Below are positions 1 through 9,402 of a stretch of DNA of 64,000 nt, one piece after another; the first letter of the stretch is position 1, and each line of letters begins with the position of its first letter. The stretch is from NCBI RefSeq assembly GCF_003044035.1, contig NZ_NVQC01000023.1, positions 77,301-141,300 of the forward strand, in the 5' to 3' direction. A program made the position numbers and the translations under genes. This DNA is from Candidatus Methylomirabilis limnetica (GTDB taxonomy: Bacteria; Methylomirabilota; Methylomirabilia; Methylomirabilales; Methylomirabilaceae). The notes under the pieces are model-generated. The model ran no database searches, had not been told where the DNA came from, and saw only the letters and a list, made by a program, of their open reading frames with translations.

Positions 1-2
1 CC

Positions 3-107
3 TATCACGGCCGGACCTATGCCGAGGGGAAGAAGATTGGATGGAAGGATGGCATCGCCGCGCTCTATTACATCCTCCGCTTCCGGCTGTTCGATTGACG
101 CAAAGGG
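3..107 (+). CDS. 3' end of an unidentified upstream gene (partial; C-terminal ...[31 protein letters not shown])
   Basis: Open frame runs in from the window edge to a TGA at 105-107 and has protein-like composition. Product not recognised. Confidence 0.3.
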
Positions 108-179
108 CCACCGACCCGCGCCCCTTACCCTCCTCTGGCCGTCTCAAGGACGCGATCGGTGGACTGTGAAACGGTAGCC

Positions 180-1358
180 ATGAAAGTCATCGGGCTCATG
201 TCTGGGACGTCGGCGGACGGAATCGATGTCGCCCTTCTGGAGATCGGTATCAACAAAGGGCTGCCGCAGCTCCGGCTGCTGCGCTTCGCGGTATTTTCTT
301 TTCCCAACGGGCTCCGGGAGCGAATTTTGCGAGTGGCAGACGCTGGATCGGGTGCCACCTCTGAGATCTGTCGTTTGAATGTTCTGCTTGGTGAGCTTTT
401 CGCGAAAGCGGCAATCTCGGTGGCCCGGAGTGCCCGCGTGCCGCTACGGGACGTGGCGCTCATTGGTTCGCACGGGCAGACCATCGCCCACCTCCCTGAC
501 CCTGCGGTTGAACACGGGGTATCGGTCCGCTCCACGCTACAGATCGGGGAGTCATCAGTCATTGCCGAGCGGACTGGCGTCACGACTGTGGCCGACTTCC
601 GCCCTCGGGACATGGCGGCGGGCGGCGAGGGCGCGCCGCTCACCCCTTATTTGCATGCGCTGCTCTTTCGGCATCCTCGTCGGGACCGGATTGTCCTGAA
701 CCTGGGTGGGATCGCCAACCTCACCTTCCTGCCGAGGGGCCGCGGCCTGCGCGGCGTGTTGGCGTTTGACACGGGACCGGGCAATGTTTTGATCGATGGG
801 CTTGTGGCACGCCTGACCGGCGGCGCGATGAGCGTTGACCTGGATGGCCGGATCGCCGCCTCTGGGGAGGTAGATCCGCGTCTGCTGCGATGGCTCATGG
901 CTCATGCCTACTTTCGTCGCAAGCCACCCAAAAGCACGGGGCGGGAAGAGTTTGGGCCGACACTGATCGACGCCCTGCTCCGCCGCGCGGCAGCCCGTGG
1001 CATTACAGAGGAGGATCTAGTGGCAACTGTTACAGCCTTCACGGCGCAGTCGGTGGCGCTCCACGTCCGACGTGAACTTCCACACAATACCGTTTCGCCA
1101 GAACTGATCACCTGTGGCGGCGGGGCCAACAACCCGATGCTGATCAAGGGACTTGAAGCCGCGCTGCCTGAAAGCCGTCTCCTTTCCGCTGATGAGGCTG
1201 GCTTTCCAGGGCGGGCTATCGAGGCCTCAGCCTTCGCACTGCTCGCCTACCTCACCGCCCACGGCCTGCCAGGCAATCTGCCCCGCATCACCGGGGCGAC
1301 CCATAGCGCGATCCTGGGCAAGATCGTTCCGGGACGGGCATTTCAGGGGCTACGATGA
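180..1358 (+). CDS. anmK: anhydro-N-acetylmuramic acid kinase
   Basis: N-terminus MKVIGLMSGTSADGIDVAL is the hallmark AnmK ATP-binding motif. Length about 390 aa. Start moved to the internal ATG at 180. Confidence 0.85.
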   Translation: MKVIGLMSGTSADGIDVALLEIGINKGLPQLRLLRFAVFSFPNGLRERILRVADAGSGATSEICRLNVLLGELFAKAAISVARSARVPLRDVALIGSHGQTIAHLPDPAVEHGVSVRSTLQIGESSVIAERTGVTTVADFRPRDMAAGGEGAPLTPYLHALLFRHPRRDRIVLNLGGIANLTFLPRGRGLRGVLAFDTGPGNVLIDGLVARLTGGAMSVDLDGRIAASGEVDPRLLRWLMAHAYFRRKPPKSTGREEFGPTLIDALLRRAAARGITEEDLVATVTAFTAQSVALHVRRELPHNTVSPELITCGGGANNPMLIKGLEAALPESRLLSADEAGFPGRAIEASAFALLAYLTAHGLPGNLPRITGATHSAILGKIVPGRAFQGLR

Positions 1359-2092
1359 CAAATCCAGCGTACTATGAAGCCGTGGTTCGATTGCTCAGCG
1401 AGATCCAGCGAAGCCAGGCGGAGGCGATCGACCGGGCTGCCGATCTGATCTTCTCATCCCTCGTGGCTGACGGTGTCCTGCACATCTTTGGAAGTGGTCA
1501 CTCCCATTCAGTGGCCGAAGAGGCGTTCCATCGCGCTGGGGGGCTGGTTCCCGTCAATACCATGACCGAGCCGTTTCTGAGCCCGCTCACGTCTCCAAAG
1601 AAGAGCGGGCGGCTAGAGCGGCTCAGCGGCCTTGCGGTGATTCTACTCGACTACCACGATCCGCAGCCCGACGAGGTCCTCATCATCGTCTCCAACGCCG
1701 GGATCAACCCGGTCTCAGTCGAGTTAGCGTTGGAAGCGAAGAAGCGAGAACTTATGGTCATCGCGATCACGTCGCTCCGTCACTCCCAAGCCGTGGCCTC
1801 GCGCCATCCGAGCGGCCAGCGCCTCTTCGAGGTGGCTGACCTCGTTATCGACAACTACGGCGAGGCCGGCGATGGCGCCCTCACCTTCCCCGGCCTTACG
1901 GCGAAGGTGGGGCCGACCTCACTTATAGCCGGGGCCTTCATCGTCAACTCCATCGTCTGCGGCGTGGTGGCGCGATTCCTCGCGAAGGGGCTTACGCCGC
2001 CAGTCTATCTCAGCGCTAATCTACCAGGTGGCGATGAGCATAACCGCCAGCTTGAGGCGAAGTATAAAGGACGGATCAAATTATTGGGTTGA
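1355..2092 (+). CDS. SIS-domain sugar-phosphate isomerase-like protein (UPF0309-like)
   Basis: HIFGSGHSHSVAEEAF sugar-isomerase signature. ATGA overlap with anmK suggests an operon. It could act as a MurQ-like etherase, but that is not demonstrable from sequence. Confidence 0.65.
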   Translation: MTNPAYYEAVVRLLSEIQRSQAEAIDRAADLIFSSLVADGVLHIFGSGHSHSVAEEAFHRAGGLVPVNTMTEPFLSPLTSPKKSGRLERLSGLAVILLDYHDPQPDEVLIIVSNAGINPVSVELALEAKKRELMVIAITSLRHSQAVASRHPSGQRLFEVADLVIDNYGEAGDGALTFPGLTAKVGPTSLIAGAFIVNSIVCGVVARFLAKGLTPPVYLSANLPGGDEHNRQLEAKYKGRIKLLG

Positions 2093-2123
2093 GAAAGCGC
2101 CAGACTTGATTAGCCAACAAACC

Positions 2124-2163
2124 CAACCCCCCTTTGGCAAAGGGGGGGTACGGGGGGATTTCA
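2124..2163. repeat. poly-C/poly-G hairpin cluster (cccccctttggcaaaggggggg ... ggggggattt); candidate bidirectional terminator
   Basis: Inverted C-run and G-run, followed by a G-run and T-tract, in a 96-bp intergenic gap. Same motif at 7823, 12810 and 29733. Confidence 0.5.
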
Positions 2164-2188
2164 ACCGTGGGCGATTTTCTGAGCAACT

Positions 2189-3769
2189 ATGTATGATCTG
2201 ATAATTCGCGATGCGAACCTCATTGACGGGACTGGCGCCTCCGCACGACGCGCCGACCTTGCCGTCGTAGGTGACCGTATCGCAGAGATCGGGCATATCG
2301 CCCCATCCTTGGGGCATCGGGTGATCGAGGCGGCCGGCCTTACGCTTTCTCCCGGCTTCGTGGATATCCACTCGCACTCCGATTACCATCTCCTGCTTCA
2401 GCCGACGGCTGACAGCGCCGTTCGACAGGGGGTGACCCTCGAGATCGGGGGCAATTGCGGATATGCGGCCGCCCCGATATGGGGACCCTGGCTGGAAGAA
2501 CGGACGGCCACCTATCGTAACCTCTACGGCCTCGACCATGCCTGGCAGGCGGTGGCGGACTACTTCGCGCGACTGGAGGCGACTGGGATCTCCGAGAACT
2601 TCGGTCTCCTGATCGGTCATAACACGCTGCGGGGCTCAGCCATGGGCGGTGCTAACCGCCCGCCCTCATCGCAGGAACTTGAGGCGATGATCGAGGGAGC
2701 GCGACAAGGGATGGCCGAGGGCGCGCTTGGTTTGTCCACAGGTCTGGTGTATGCCCCGGCCTGCTTCTCCAGGCCTGACGAGCTTGCGATGATTGCAGCC
2801 GCAGTGCGGGAGGCTGGCGGCATCCTCACCTGCCACATGCGGAGCGAAGGCGACGGGCTGATCGAGGCGATCGATGAAATTATCGGAGTGGCGGAGAAGG
2901 CGGAAATCCCCCTTCAGATCTCTCACCTCAAGACATCTGGAGAGCGCAACTGGCCGAAGCTTCACGAGGCGCTTCGGCGTATTGAAGAGGCGCGAGCACG
3001 CGGCCTTGACGTTTCCTGCGACCGGTATCCCTACACTGCCTCCAACACCGGGCTTCAAGCGGTCCTGCCGGATTGGGCCTTAGAAGGCGGGCAACGGGAT
3101 CGGACCGAACGGTTAGGCAACCCGGCAGCGCGCGCCCGGATTACGCAGGAACTGACCACGCACTACCCACCTGATTACTGGTCCCGACTGATGATCTCCG
3201 AGGTCACGCGCGAGGAGAATCGACGGTATGAGGGATTGCGTGTCGCTGAGGCGGCGAAACTGGCCGAGACGCAGCCGGTCCACTTCGTCCTCGATCTGCT
3301 GCTAGCAGAGCAGATGCAGGTCGATGCTATCTTCTTTACCATGTGTGAAGAGAACCTGGAGGCGATCCTAGCACAGCCATATGCGATGATCGGGTCAGAC
3401 TCCGGGTGTCGCGGACACGAAGGTCCGCTCAGTCATGGTCGGCCTCATCCAAGAACCTTCGGGACCTTCCCGCGGGTGCTGGGCCACTTCGTGCGGGAAA
3501 GGCGTCTACTCGATCTGCCAACCGCCATCAGGAAGATGACCTGGGATCCTTGCCGCAAGCTCGGTATTCTGGACCGGGGACATCTGCAGCCTGGCTGCGC
3601 GGCCGACCTTGTCCTCTTCGACTCGGCGACCGTGTCGGACAGGGCGACCTACGAGGCCCCGTTACAGTACCCCACCGGTATCCATCACGTCTTCGTCAAC
3701 GGGGTCCCGGTCGTTGAGAGCGGCGAGCACACCGGTGCCAGACCCGGCCGCGTCGTGCGGAGGGCATGA
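2189..3769 (+). CDS. N-acyl-D-amino-acid deacylase family amidohydrolase (D-aminoacylase)
   Basis: MYDLIIRDANLIDGTG...GFVDIHSHSDY metal-binding motif of the D-aminoacylase/amidohydrolase family. 526 aa. Confidence 0.75.
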   Translation: MYDLIIRDANLIDGTGASARRADLAVVGDRIAEIGHIAPSLGHRVIEAAGLTLSPGFVDIHSHSDYHLLLQPTADSAVRQGVTLEIGGNCGYAAAPIWGPWLEERTATYRNLYGLDHAWQAVADYFARLEATGISENFGLLIGHNTLRGSAMGGANRPPSSQELEAMIEGARQGMAEGALGLSTGLVYAPACFSRPDELAMIAAAVREAGGILTCHMRSEGDGLIEAIDEIIGVAEKAEIPLQISHLKTSGERNWPKLHEALRRIEEARARGLDVSCDRYPYTASNTGLQAVLPDWALEGGQRDRTERLGNPAARARITQELTTHYPPDYWSRLMISEVTREENRRYEGLRVAEAAKLAETQPVHFVLDLLLAEQMQVDAIFFTMCEENLEAILAQPYAMIGSDSGCRGHEGPLSHGRPHPRTFGTFPRVLGHFVRERRLLDLPTAIRKMTWDPCRKLGILDRGHLQPGCAADLVLFDSATVSDRATYEAPLQYPTGIHHVFVNGVPVVESGEHTGARPGRVVRRA

Positions 3770-3772
3770 CCA

Positions 3773-4498
3773 ATGCGTCCGAGAATCGGAATCACGAGCT
3801 GGCATTATCGGGATGACGAAGAGCGGTGGGAGGCGGTACTGGAAGGTTACTCCCGCGCCGTCCTCGGCGCTGGTGGCTTGCCGCTGATCCTTCCTGTTGC
3901 CTCCGCGGAGCCTGCCCTGATCGAGGCATACCTGGAGACGATCGACGGGCTCATCTTGACCGGAGGGGCCGATATTCACCCCTCCTTTTATGGACAGACC
4001 GTTCTCGAACGATGCGGTGAGATCGACGAAGAACGCGATCGCTTCGAAATGGAGTTGGTTCGTGCGGCCCGCAATCGTGACCTGCCGCTCTTAGGGATCT
4101 GCCGCGGCCTCCAGGTCGTCAACGTGGCCCTGGGCGGCAGCCTATATCAGGACCTCTCTTACCGGCACGAGACCGACCCGGCCCACCAGAGCCCTCGCGA
4201 GCGGCGCGGGGAGCCAGCCCACGCGGTGGCGATTATGGAAGGCTCTCGCCTCGCTCAGTTGCTCGGTGTTCGAGAGTTGGACGTGACCAGCACCCACCAC
4301 CAGATCATCCGCGACCTGGCGCCCAATCTTACGGTCAACGCGGTCGCTCCAGACGGGGTCATCGAGGGGGTTGAGGGCGCTGGACGCTTTCTTCTCGCCG
4401 TCCACTGGCACCCCGAGCGGATGGTTACCCGCCACCCCGAGCAGCTCGCGCTCTTTCGGGCTCTCGTTGAGGCAGCCGGCACAGCCCATCGCCACTGA
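3773..4498 (+). CDS. gamma-glutamyl hydrolase-like class I glutamine amidotransferase (peptidase C26, PuuD-like)
   Basis: GICRGLQVVNVALGGSLYQD with catalytic Cys and downstream HHQ/HWHPE. Typical C26 length. Confidence 0.75.
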   Translation: MRPRIGITSWHYRDDEERWEAVLEGYSRAVLGAGGLPLILPVASAEPALIEAYLETIDGLILTGGADIHPSFYGQTVLERCGEIDEERDRFEMELVRAARNRDLPLLGICRGLQVVNVALGGSLYQDLSYRHETDPAHQSPRERRGEPAHAVAIMEGSRLAQLLGVRELDVTSTHHQIIRDLAPNLTVNAVAPDGVIEGVEGAGRFLLAVHWHPERMVTRHPEQLALFRALVEAAGTAHRH

Positions 4499-4593
4499 TT
4501 ACCTTGCTGTCGCACTGAGGGCAGCCACAAGGGCTGCCCCTACGTCCCGCGCAGCAAATCCCCCTTATACTCTCCCCGCACCGCTCTTCACCG

Positions 4594-5232
4594 CTACCCC
4601 ACGCACTCCTCCTTCGCAGCGGTAATGAGATCGTCGAAGGGCGGGGGTACGTCTTTGATCGGCTCATGCCAGCTCCTCCCCTGCTCCTTCTGCTTCTTAC
4701 GTAACGCAATCCACATAGTACACGGCCGACCGTTATGAAGCCAGAGCCGTAGGCCGATGCGCTCTGCATTGATCTCCTGACCTAGGGTATACTCTCTGCT
4801 CCCCACCATTCCATCCACAATTCCTGTCAGCAGGAGACCTCCAGGCACAACAGCGATAGCGGTCAGCTCTGCGGCCTGGCGACTGTCTGAAACATCCGTT
4901 TTGCTGACGGGATGGGCCAACAGGTCGTGACCGAGACTGTGGGCGATAAGCTGGGCCAACTCGTCGTCGGACGCATCATGAGCTGCCGGCTGGCTGATGT
5001 AAATGATGCCTGGGGCGATATTCCATTCGGAGGCCCGATCGTCGCCGACGATGTGGAACGCGAACGATCTTCGGCGAATACTCAACGGGAGCGTCTTCAG
5101 CAACATGTGAGCGCTCCGCTCCACGCGGATCTTTTCAGTGGGGGCAGAAAGGACTTGCAGACCGGCACCTGCACTGCACGCGGTGAGCGCCAGCATGCAG
5201 AAAGCTCCAACCGCTCGACCTAGACGCTTCAC
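4594..5232 (-). CDS. putative lipoprotein, M48-peptidase-like but possibly degenerate (AHSLGHD instead of HExxH)
   Basis: Signal peptide plus lipobox LALTACSA. Has an HxxxH-like motif but no Glu, so catalytic activity is doubtful. Confidence 0.4.
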   Translation of the reverse strand: MKRLGRAVGAFCMLALTACSAGAGLQVLSAPTEKIRVERSAHMLLKTLPLSIRRRSFAFHIVGDDRASEWNIAPGIIYISQPAAHDASDDELAQLIAHSLGHDLLAHPVSKTDVSDSRQAAELTAIAVVPGGLLLTGIVDGMVGSREYTLGQEINAERIGLRLWLHNGRPCTMWIALRKKQKEQGRSWHEPIKDVPPPFDDLITAAKEECVG

Positions 5233-6311
5233 GACCCCTTGTCGTCCATCCCGACGCTCTCGGCGAGGCGCCGGTGGGCATCACAGCCCACAACCGCGCG
5301 GATCTCCCCGGTGGATGCTGCCATCTTACGGTGCAGGTGCTGGGCCTTGGCATCGGCGATTCGTTTGCACGAAGCCAGCACCCGCGCCTCGGATAGCCGC
5401 CCGGTCTCTACCGCCTCGGTCACGACAACAAGCGCCTGTCGTTGCGCTGCCTCGTCCTCGCAGATCAGCATGAGATCGCCTCCGGCCTCAATGAACCGAA
5501 CAGCCGCCTCACCGGGATGGGTGCTGTCTGCGATCCCCTTCATCAAGAGGTCGTCACTAATGACCAGATTACGAAAGCCCAATTCCTGCCTTAGCAGATC
5601 GGTCAGAATACGTCGCGATAGCGTGGCCGGATGTTCCGGGTCCAGGGCAGGCAGCAGGAGATGAGCCGTCATCAGCGCCGGGATACCTGCCTTGATTGCG
5701 TATGCGAATGGGGCAAGTTCTACTGCCGAGAGGCGGCCAACGTCGTGCGGCACGACTGGCAGCGCCAGGTGAGAATCGACTGTCGTATCACCGTGGCCAG
5801 GGAAGTGCTTGCCTACCGCAATCACACCCTCGGACGCGAGCCCTCGGTAAAAGGCGATCCCATGTTGGGCCACCACCTGCGCGTCTGAACCGTAGCATCG
5901 ACCCGCCATGACCGGGTTTGCCGGATTGCTCAGGACATCAAGCACCGGCGCCATATTCATGTTGATCCCCACCACCATGAGCTCCCTGGCTATCGCGGAA
6001 GCCACCGCATGGGTCAGCTCGGTCGAGCCAACCGCTCCAACCGCTGAGGCGGATAGCCACCGGGTAAAGGGGGGTGCGAGGCGACTAACCTTCCCACCTT
6101 CCTGGTCAATAGCGAAAAAGAGTGGGGTCGGCGAGGCAACTTGTAGTGCGTTCGTAAGAGCCGCAATCTCCTCCGGATCGCCAAGGTTGCGCCCAAACAG
6201 GATCAAGCCGCCGGGAGTGAGGTCGCGCACGAAGGTCTTGAGGGCCTCGGATGGCGTGTGACCTTCAAACCCAAGGATGAAGAGCTGACCGATCGCCTCT
6301 CGCAGGGTCAT
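5229..6311 (-). CDS. nagZ: beta-N-acetylhexosaminidase (GH3)
   Basis: LFILGFEG, INMNMAPVLDV and KHFPGHGDTTVDSH motifs of NagZ/GH3. Fits a cell-wall recycling context with anmK. Confidence 0.85.
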   Translation of the reverse strand: MTLREAIGQLFILGFEGHTPSEALKTFVRDLTPGGLILFGRNLGDPEEIAALTNALQVASPTPLFFAIDQEGGKVSRLAPPFTRWLSASAVGAVGSTELTHAVASAIARELMVVGINMNMAPVLDVLSNPANPVMAGRCYGSDAQVVAQHGIAFYRGLASEGVIAVGKHFPGHGDTTVDSHLALPVVPHDVGRLSAVELAPFAYAIKAGIPALMTAHLLLPALDPEHPATLSRRILTDLLRQELGFRNLVISDDLLMKGIADSTHPGEAAVRFIEAGGDLMLICEDEAAQRQALVVVTEAVETGRLSEARVLASCKRIADAKAQHLHRKMAASTGEIRAVVGCDAHRRLAESVGMDDKGS

Positions 6312-7100
6312 CGCGCTTGTGCCTCCTTACTAAGGAAGGCCTGTCGAAAGGCCTCCAGGTCTGCGGGTTGGACCTCTGGCCACGTAGCCATCTGCCGGTA
6401 GAGCCCCTCGGGATCTGCGCGCACCTGGTCGAAGAGCTTGCTTGTCGCCTCAACTATTATGTTCACGCGCCTATCTATCAATGAGGTAATGAGCGGTGAC
6501 AGGAGCTTCGTCACGAAGTGGAAGAACGGATTATCGATCTGGAGGTAGAACTCCGGGTCGCTCTCCATCGAGGTCCGGCTCCCTTCCCGCACTTCACGAT
6601 ACTGCAGGATCAGGACCATCCGACTGGTAAAGCGGAGGAGGTTCGCAAGGGATCGAAACTCTCCCTGAAACCGATAGATGCGCTGATCGCCAGTCGCTGT
6701 GATCAACCTCGCTTCGCCTCTTAAGGCGCCACGGTCTTCGACCGTGTAGACGCCTTCCCCGACCTGAGTAACGGTGTACCGATCGAGGGGTGGGTGCAGG
6801 CGCCTGGCCAGTTGCGTCGCCAATGGCGGGTGACCCACCAGGAACTCGTAGGTTCGGCGATCTCCTGAAAACCGAATCCGCGGAATCTGCCGGCGCAGGG
6901 TCGGCTTCGCGATGATCTCAATCGTCTGAGGGTCCTCAATGGTCCGGCCGATGTCAACTGCGGCCTCCGCCTCGACCGGCCAGGCGAGGGCGGCAGACAG
7001 ATCAGTCAAGGGCAACGCGCGGAGTGCGGGGTACGGGGTGCGGGGCACTACAAGGAGACCAACGACCAAAATGAGGCCCAAACCAGGACTAGATGTCAGC
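6308..7100 (-). CDS. hypothetical membrane-anchored protein
   Basis: Long ORF with one N-terminal TM helix and no recognised motif. Upstream end trimmed to avoid overlap with the methyltransferase; true start uncertain. Confidence 0.35.
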
Positions 7101-7797
7101 ACGGACGACCCTGGTCGGCGCGCCGCACATAAGTTGGACGCTTCCGCATGAGGACGTGGAAGAAGCCGTTCAGTCCCTCGCGCTCCTCCTCGATCTCCAG
7201 GATCTCGCACCGGTCGCTGAAGATTTGGGCGAAGTCGCGCTTGACGAAGAAGTGGTCATAGTGGTTACGGTGGACCTGCCAGTTGCGTGTCCGCCGCTCT
7301 CCGGGATAGTGTTTGAACTTGGTGCTGAAGACCGTCAGGTGGAAGTACCCCCCTGGCTTCACAAGCCCCAGCACGCGGTCAAAATAGATCGGCCAGTCGG
7401 CCTTCTTGATGTGATGGAATACTCCGCTGTCCACGAGCGCATCAAAACTATCCGGCTTCAATGGCGGTGCAAGGGCATCTCCTAGCAGAAGCCTGATCCT
7501 TGGAGTGAGTCGCTTCTCACGTGCTCGCTGCGCAACTGTCCTCAGTGGTGCAGCCAGATAATCAAGGCCAACAGTAAAGAGTCCGGCCTTGGCGAAGAGG
7601 AGCACGTGCCGTCCCTCGCCACAACCCAGGTCGAGGACCCGACCACCCCCCTTACGCCGCTTCAGGAGATGCGACAAGCGGCTGACGGCCGGTGTCGGTT
7701 CAGTGGAAGGCCAGGGGGTCAGCCCGCCCGACTCGTAGACCTGCGCAAAGAAGTTCCGCTGCCGGGTGTATAACGCACTTTGCCACTCGGATCTCAT
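7096..7797 (-). CDS. class I SAM-dependent methyltransferase
   Basis: VLDLGCGEGRH motif I and LKPGGYFHL post-II region. Confidence 0.7.
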   Translation of the reverse strand: MRSEWQSALYTRQRNFFAQVYESGGLTPWPSTEPTPAVSRLSHLLKRRKGGGRVLDLGCGEGRHVLLFAKAGLFTVGLDYLAAPLRTVAQRAREKRLTPRIRLLLGDALAPPLKPDSFDALVDSGVFHHIKKADWPIYFDRVLGLVKPGGYFHLTVFSTKFKHYPGERRTRNWQVHRNHYDHFFVKRDFAQIFSDRCEILEIEEEREGLNGFFHVLMRKRPTYVRRADQGRPC

Positions 7798-7822
7798 GCT
7801 CGTGAAATCTCCGATACCAAAT

Positions 7823-7870
7823 TCCCCCGTACCCCCCTTTTACAAAGGGGGGGAACTGGGGGGATTTTTA
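7823..7870. repeat. poly-C/poly-G hairpin cluster (ccccccttttacaaaggggggg aactggggggattttt)
   Basis: Same architecture as 2124-2163, between two minus-strand genes. Confidence 0.5.
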
Positions 7871-8497
7871 ATGGGCGTGCGCACCAGCGGTCAAACTCTT
7901 CATGTAGGCTACTACGTCGATGAGCTGCTGGATGGTCATCGAATCGTTGTAGCTGGGCATCTTTGATTTGCCATCAGGACCGAGATATCCTTTATTTTCA
8001 GACTTATGGTGATTGATTCGCCAGGCCACGGAGGCGTTCGGATCGATCATCACCTCGACAAAATACTCCGCCGTGTGCATTGCTCCCATCCCCGAGAGAA
8101 CAGACCCCACATCTCCTTGTTCAGCTTTGGGTGAGGGAAAGTCTTCGCCACGCACTTCATGGCACTTGAAGCATTCGAAGTCGATAAAGACCTGCCGCCC
8201 GGCGTGATGATTTCCGGCCGGCATGGCAAACTGCCACCCTTTTGGCATCGCGAGGCCAGACTGCTGCTTCACTGGACCGCCAGGTTGCACCATCGTCTTC
8301 TGTGGGGGTGTCACCGCCGGATGATGGTGATGTTCACTGCTCATCTGGGGCTCAGCGCTCCACCCGCTCACAACCCGGAATGCTAGAAGACCACACGTTA
8401 AAACAACTCCGCCTATTAACGCCGCGCTTTTGAGAACATGGCGACCTTCGCGTCTTGCCTCTCTCCTCATTACCCACATTGTCTCGCTCCTTCTCAC
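7868..8497 (-). CDS. c-type cytochrome (monoheme, CFKCH)
   Basis: Single CxxCH (CFKCHE) and an N-terminal TM/signal segment. Start codon uncertain. Confidence 0.55.
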   Translation of the reverse strand: MRRSETMWVMRREARREGRHVLKSAALIGGVVLTCGLLAFRVVSGWSAEPQMSSEHHHHPAVTPPQKTMVQPGGPVKQQSGLAMPKGWQFAMPAGNHHAGRQVFIDFECFKCHEVRGEDFPSPKAEQGDVGSVLSGMGAMHTAEYFVEVMIDPNASVAWRINHHKSENKGYLGPDGKSKMPSYNDSMTIQQLIDVVAYMKSLTAGAHAH

Positions 8498-8530
8498 TCT
8501 CGATGATATCTTCTTGTTGCGAGGATTACT

Positions 8531-9058
8531 TTACGAGACAAAGACCCACACCGTGCCCCTCCATCGCTCGATCGAGCGTTCAACTGTGAGCTTGAGCCCC
8601 ACCCGATAAGGCGCCTCGATCGACTTGCCTCCTGACGCCACTGGCTTGCCGTCTTTGGCGAGGGCGATGACCGTCACCCGGATCGTGCTATTGGGCTCAA
8701 TGGTGGTGGGCTCCGTTGACGACCCGTCCGGCCCAGCCTTCACCCCAATCGGGTACGACATACTGTCTGCCGTGATGAATATCCCCTCTGTCCAGACCAC
8801 CCGGATAGTAGAGGCGGTAGGATTTGAGAAAGTGAGACTCACCTCTGCTGATCCAGCATTCGCTTGATCAATCTTGAACGGCACAGGACCCATCCCCTGG
8901 GCAGACTGAACCGTCACCTCATGCTTGAGCGGAGACAGCCTGATCGGAGACTTTATCGACCTGAGCTCTGGCGGCAGGAACTGACACCCTGACAGCCACA
9001 ACAGGGCCACCAACCCTCCCATACCTGCGATCCTCGACAAAACCCTATCAGACAACAT
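8531..9058 (-). CDS. hypothetical secreted/lipoprotein
   Basis: Signal peptide with LWLSGC lipobox. Beta-rich composition, no known motif. Confidence 0.4.
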   Translation of the reverse strand: MLSDRVLSRIAGMGGLVALLWLSGCQFLPPELRSIKSPIRLSPLKHEVTVQSAQGMGPVPFKIDQANAGSAEVSLTFSNPTASTIRVVWTEGIFITADSMSYPIGVKAGPDGSSTEPTTIEPNSTIRVTVIALAKDGKPVASGGKSIEAPYRVGLKLTVERSIERWRGTVWVFVS

Positions 9059-9145
9059 CCCTACCTCCTCCTCGGCTCTACCCCTTACCGTGTCCGGCGT
9101 TCGTCAAAGGCTGCTGCATATTGCTCGATCAGCCCTTCATCAGCA

Positions 9146-9216
9146 GTAACTACTCAGGTGTTTAGGCTGTAGGCTGAAGGCTGTTAGCCGCTGCGCATAG
9201 ACCGAATCAAGGCGCC
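9146..9216. repeat. MITE-like element, truncated copy (left TIR plus part of subtype-B core)
   Basis: gtaactactcaggtgtttaggctgtaggctgaaggctgttag followed by gcgcatagaccgaatcaaggcgc, matching the 37337 and 36024 copies. Confidence 0.6.
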
Positions 9217-9402
9217 CAGGACTTTCTTCTCCTCGGCCATCAGGCGGCGGACCAACTCCAAGGCCGCCTTGATCTGGGCGCTCCTCCACCGGCCACGCAT
9301 TGATCGCTGACGCATATCGCTGCTTTGGCCCCATGCCCGCCATCCGCCCTTTTTACCCTTGCAAGCAGAAATCTGTCACGCAAAAGCCCTCGGCCGGTCG
9401 CC

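Noticed and set aside
125-643. 172-aa minus-strand ORF
   Set aside because: Lies entirely antisense to the well-supported anmK gene. Composition is Ala/Arg/Ser-rich, typical of spurious high-GC frames.
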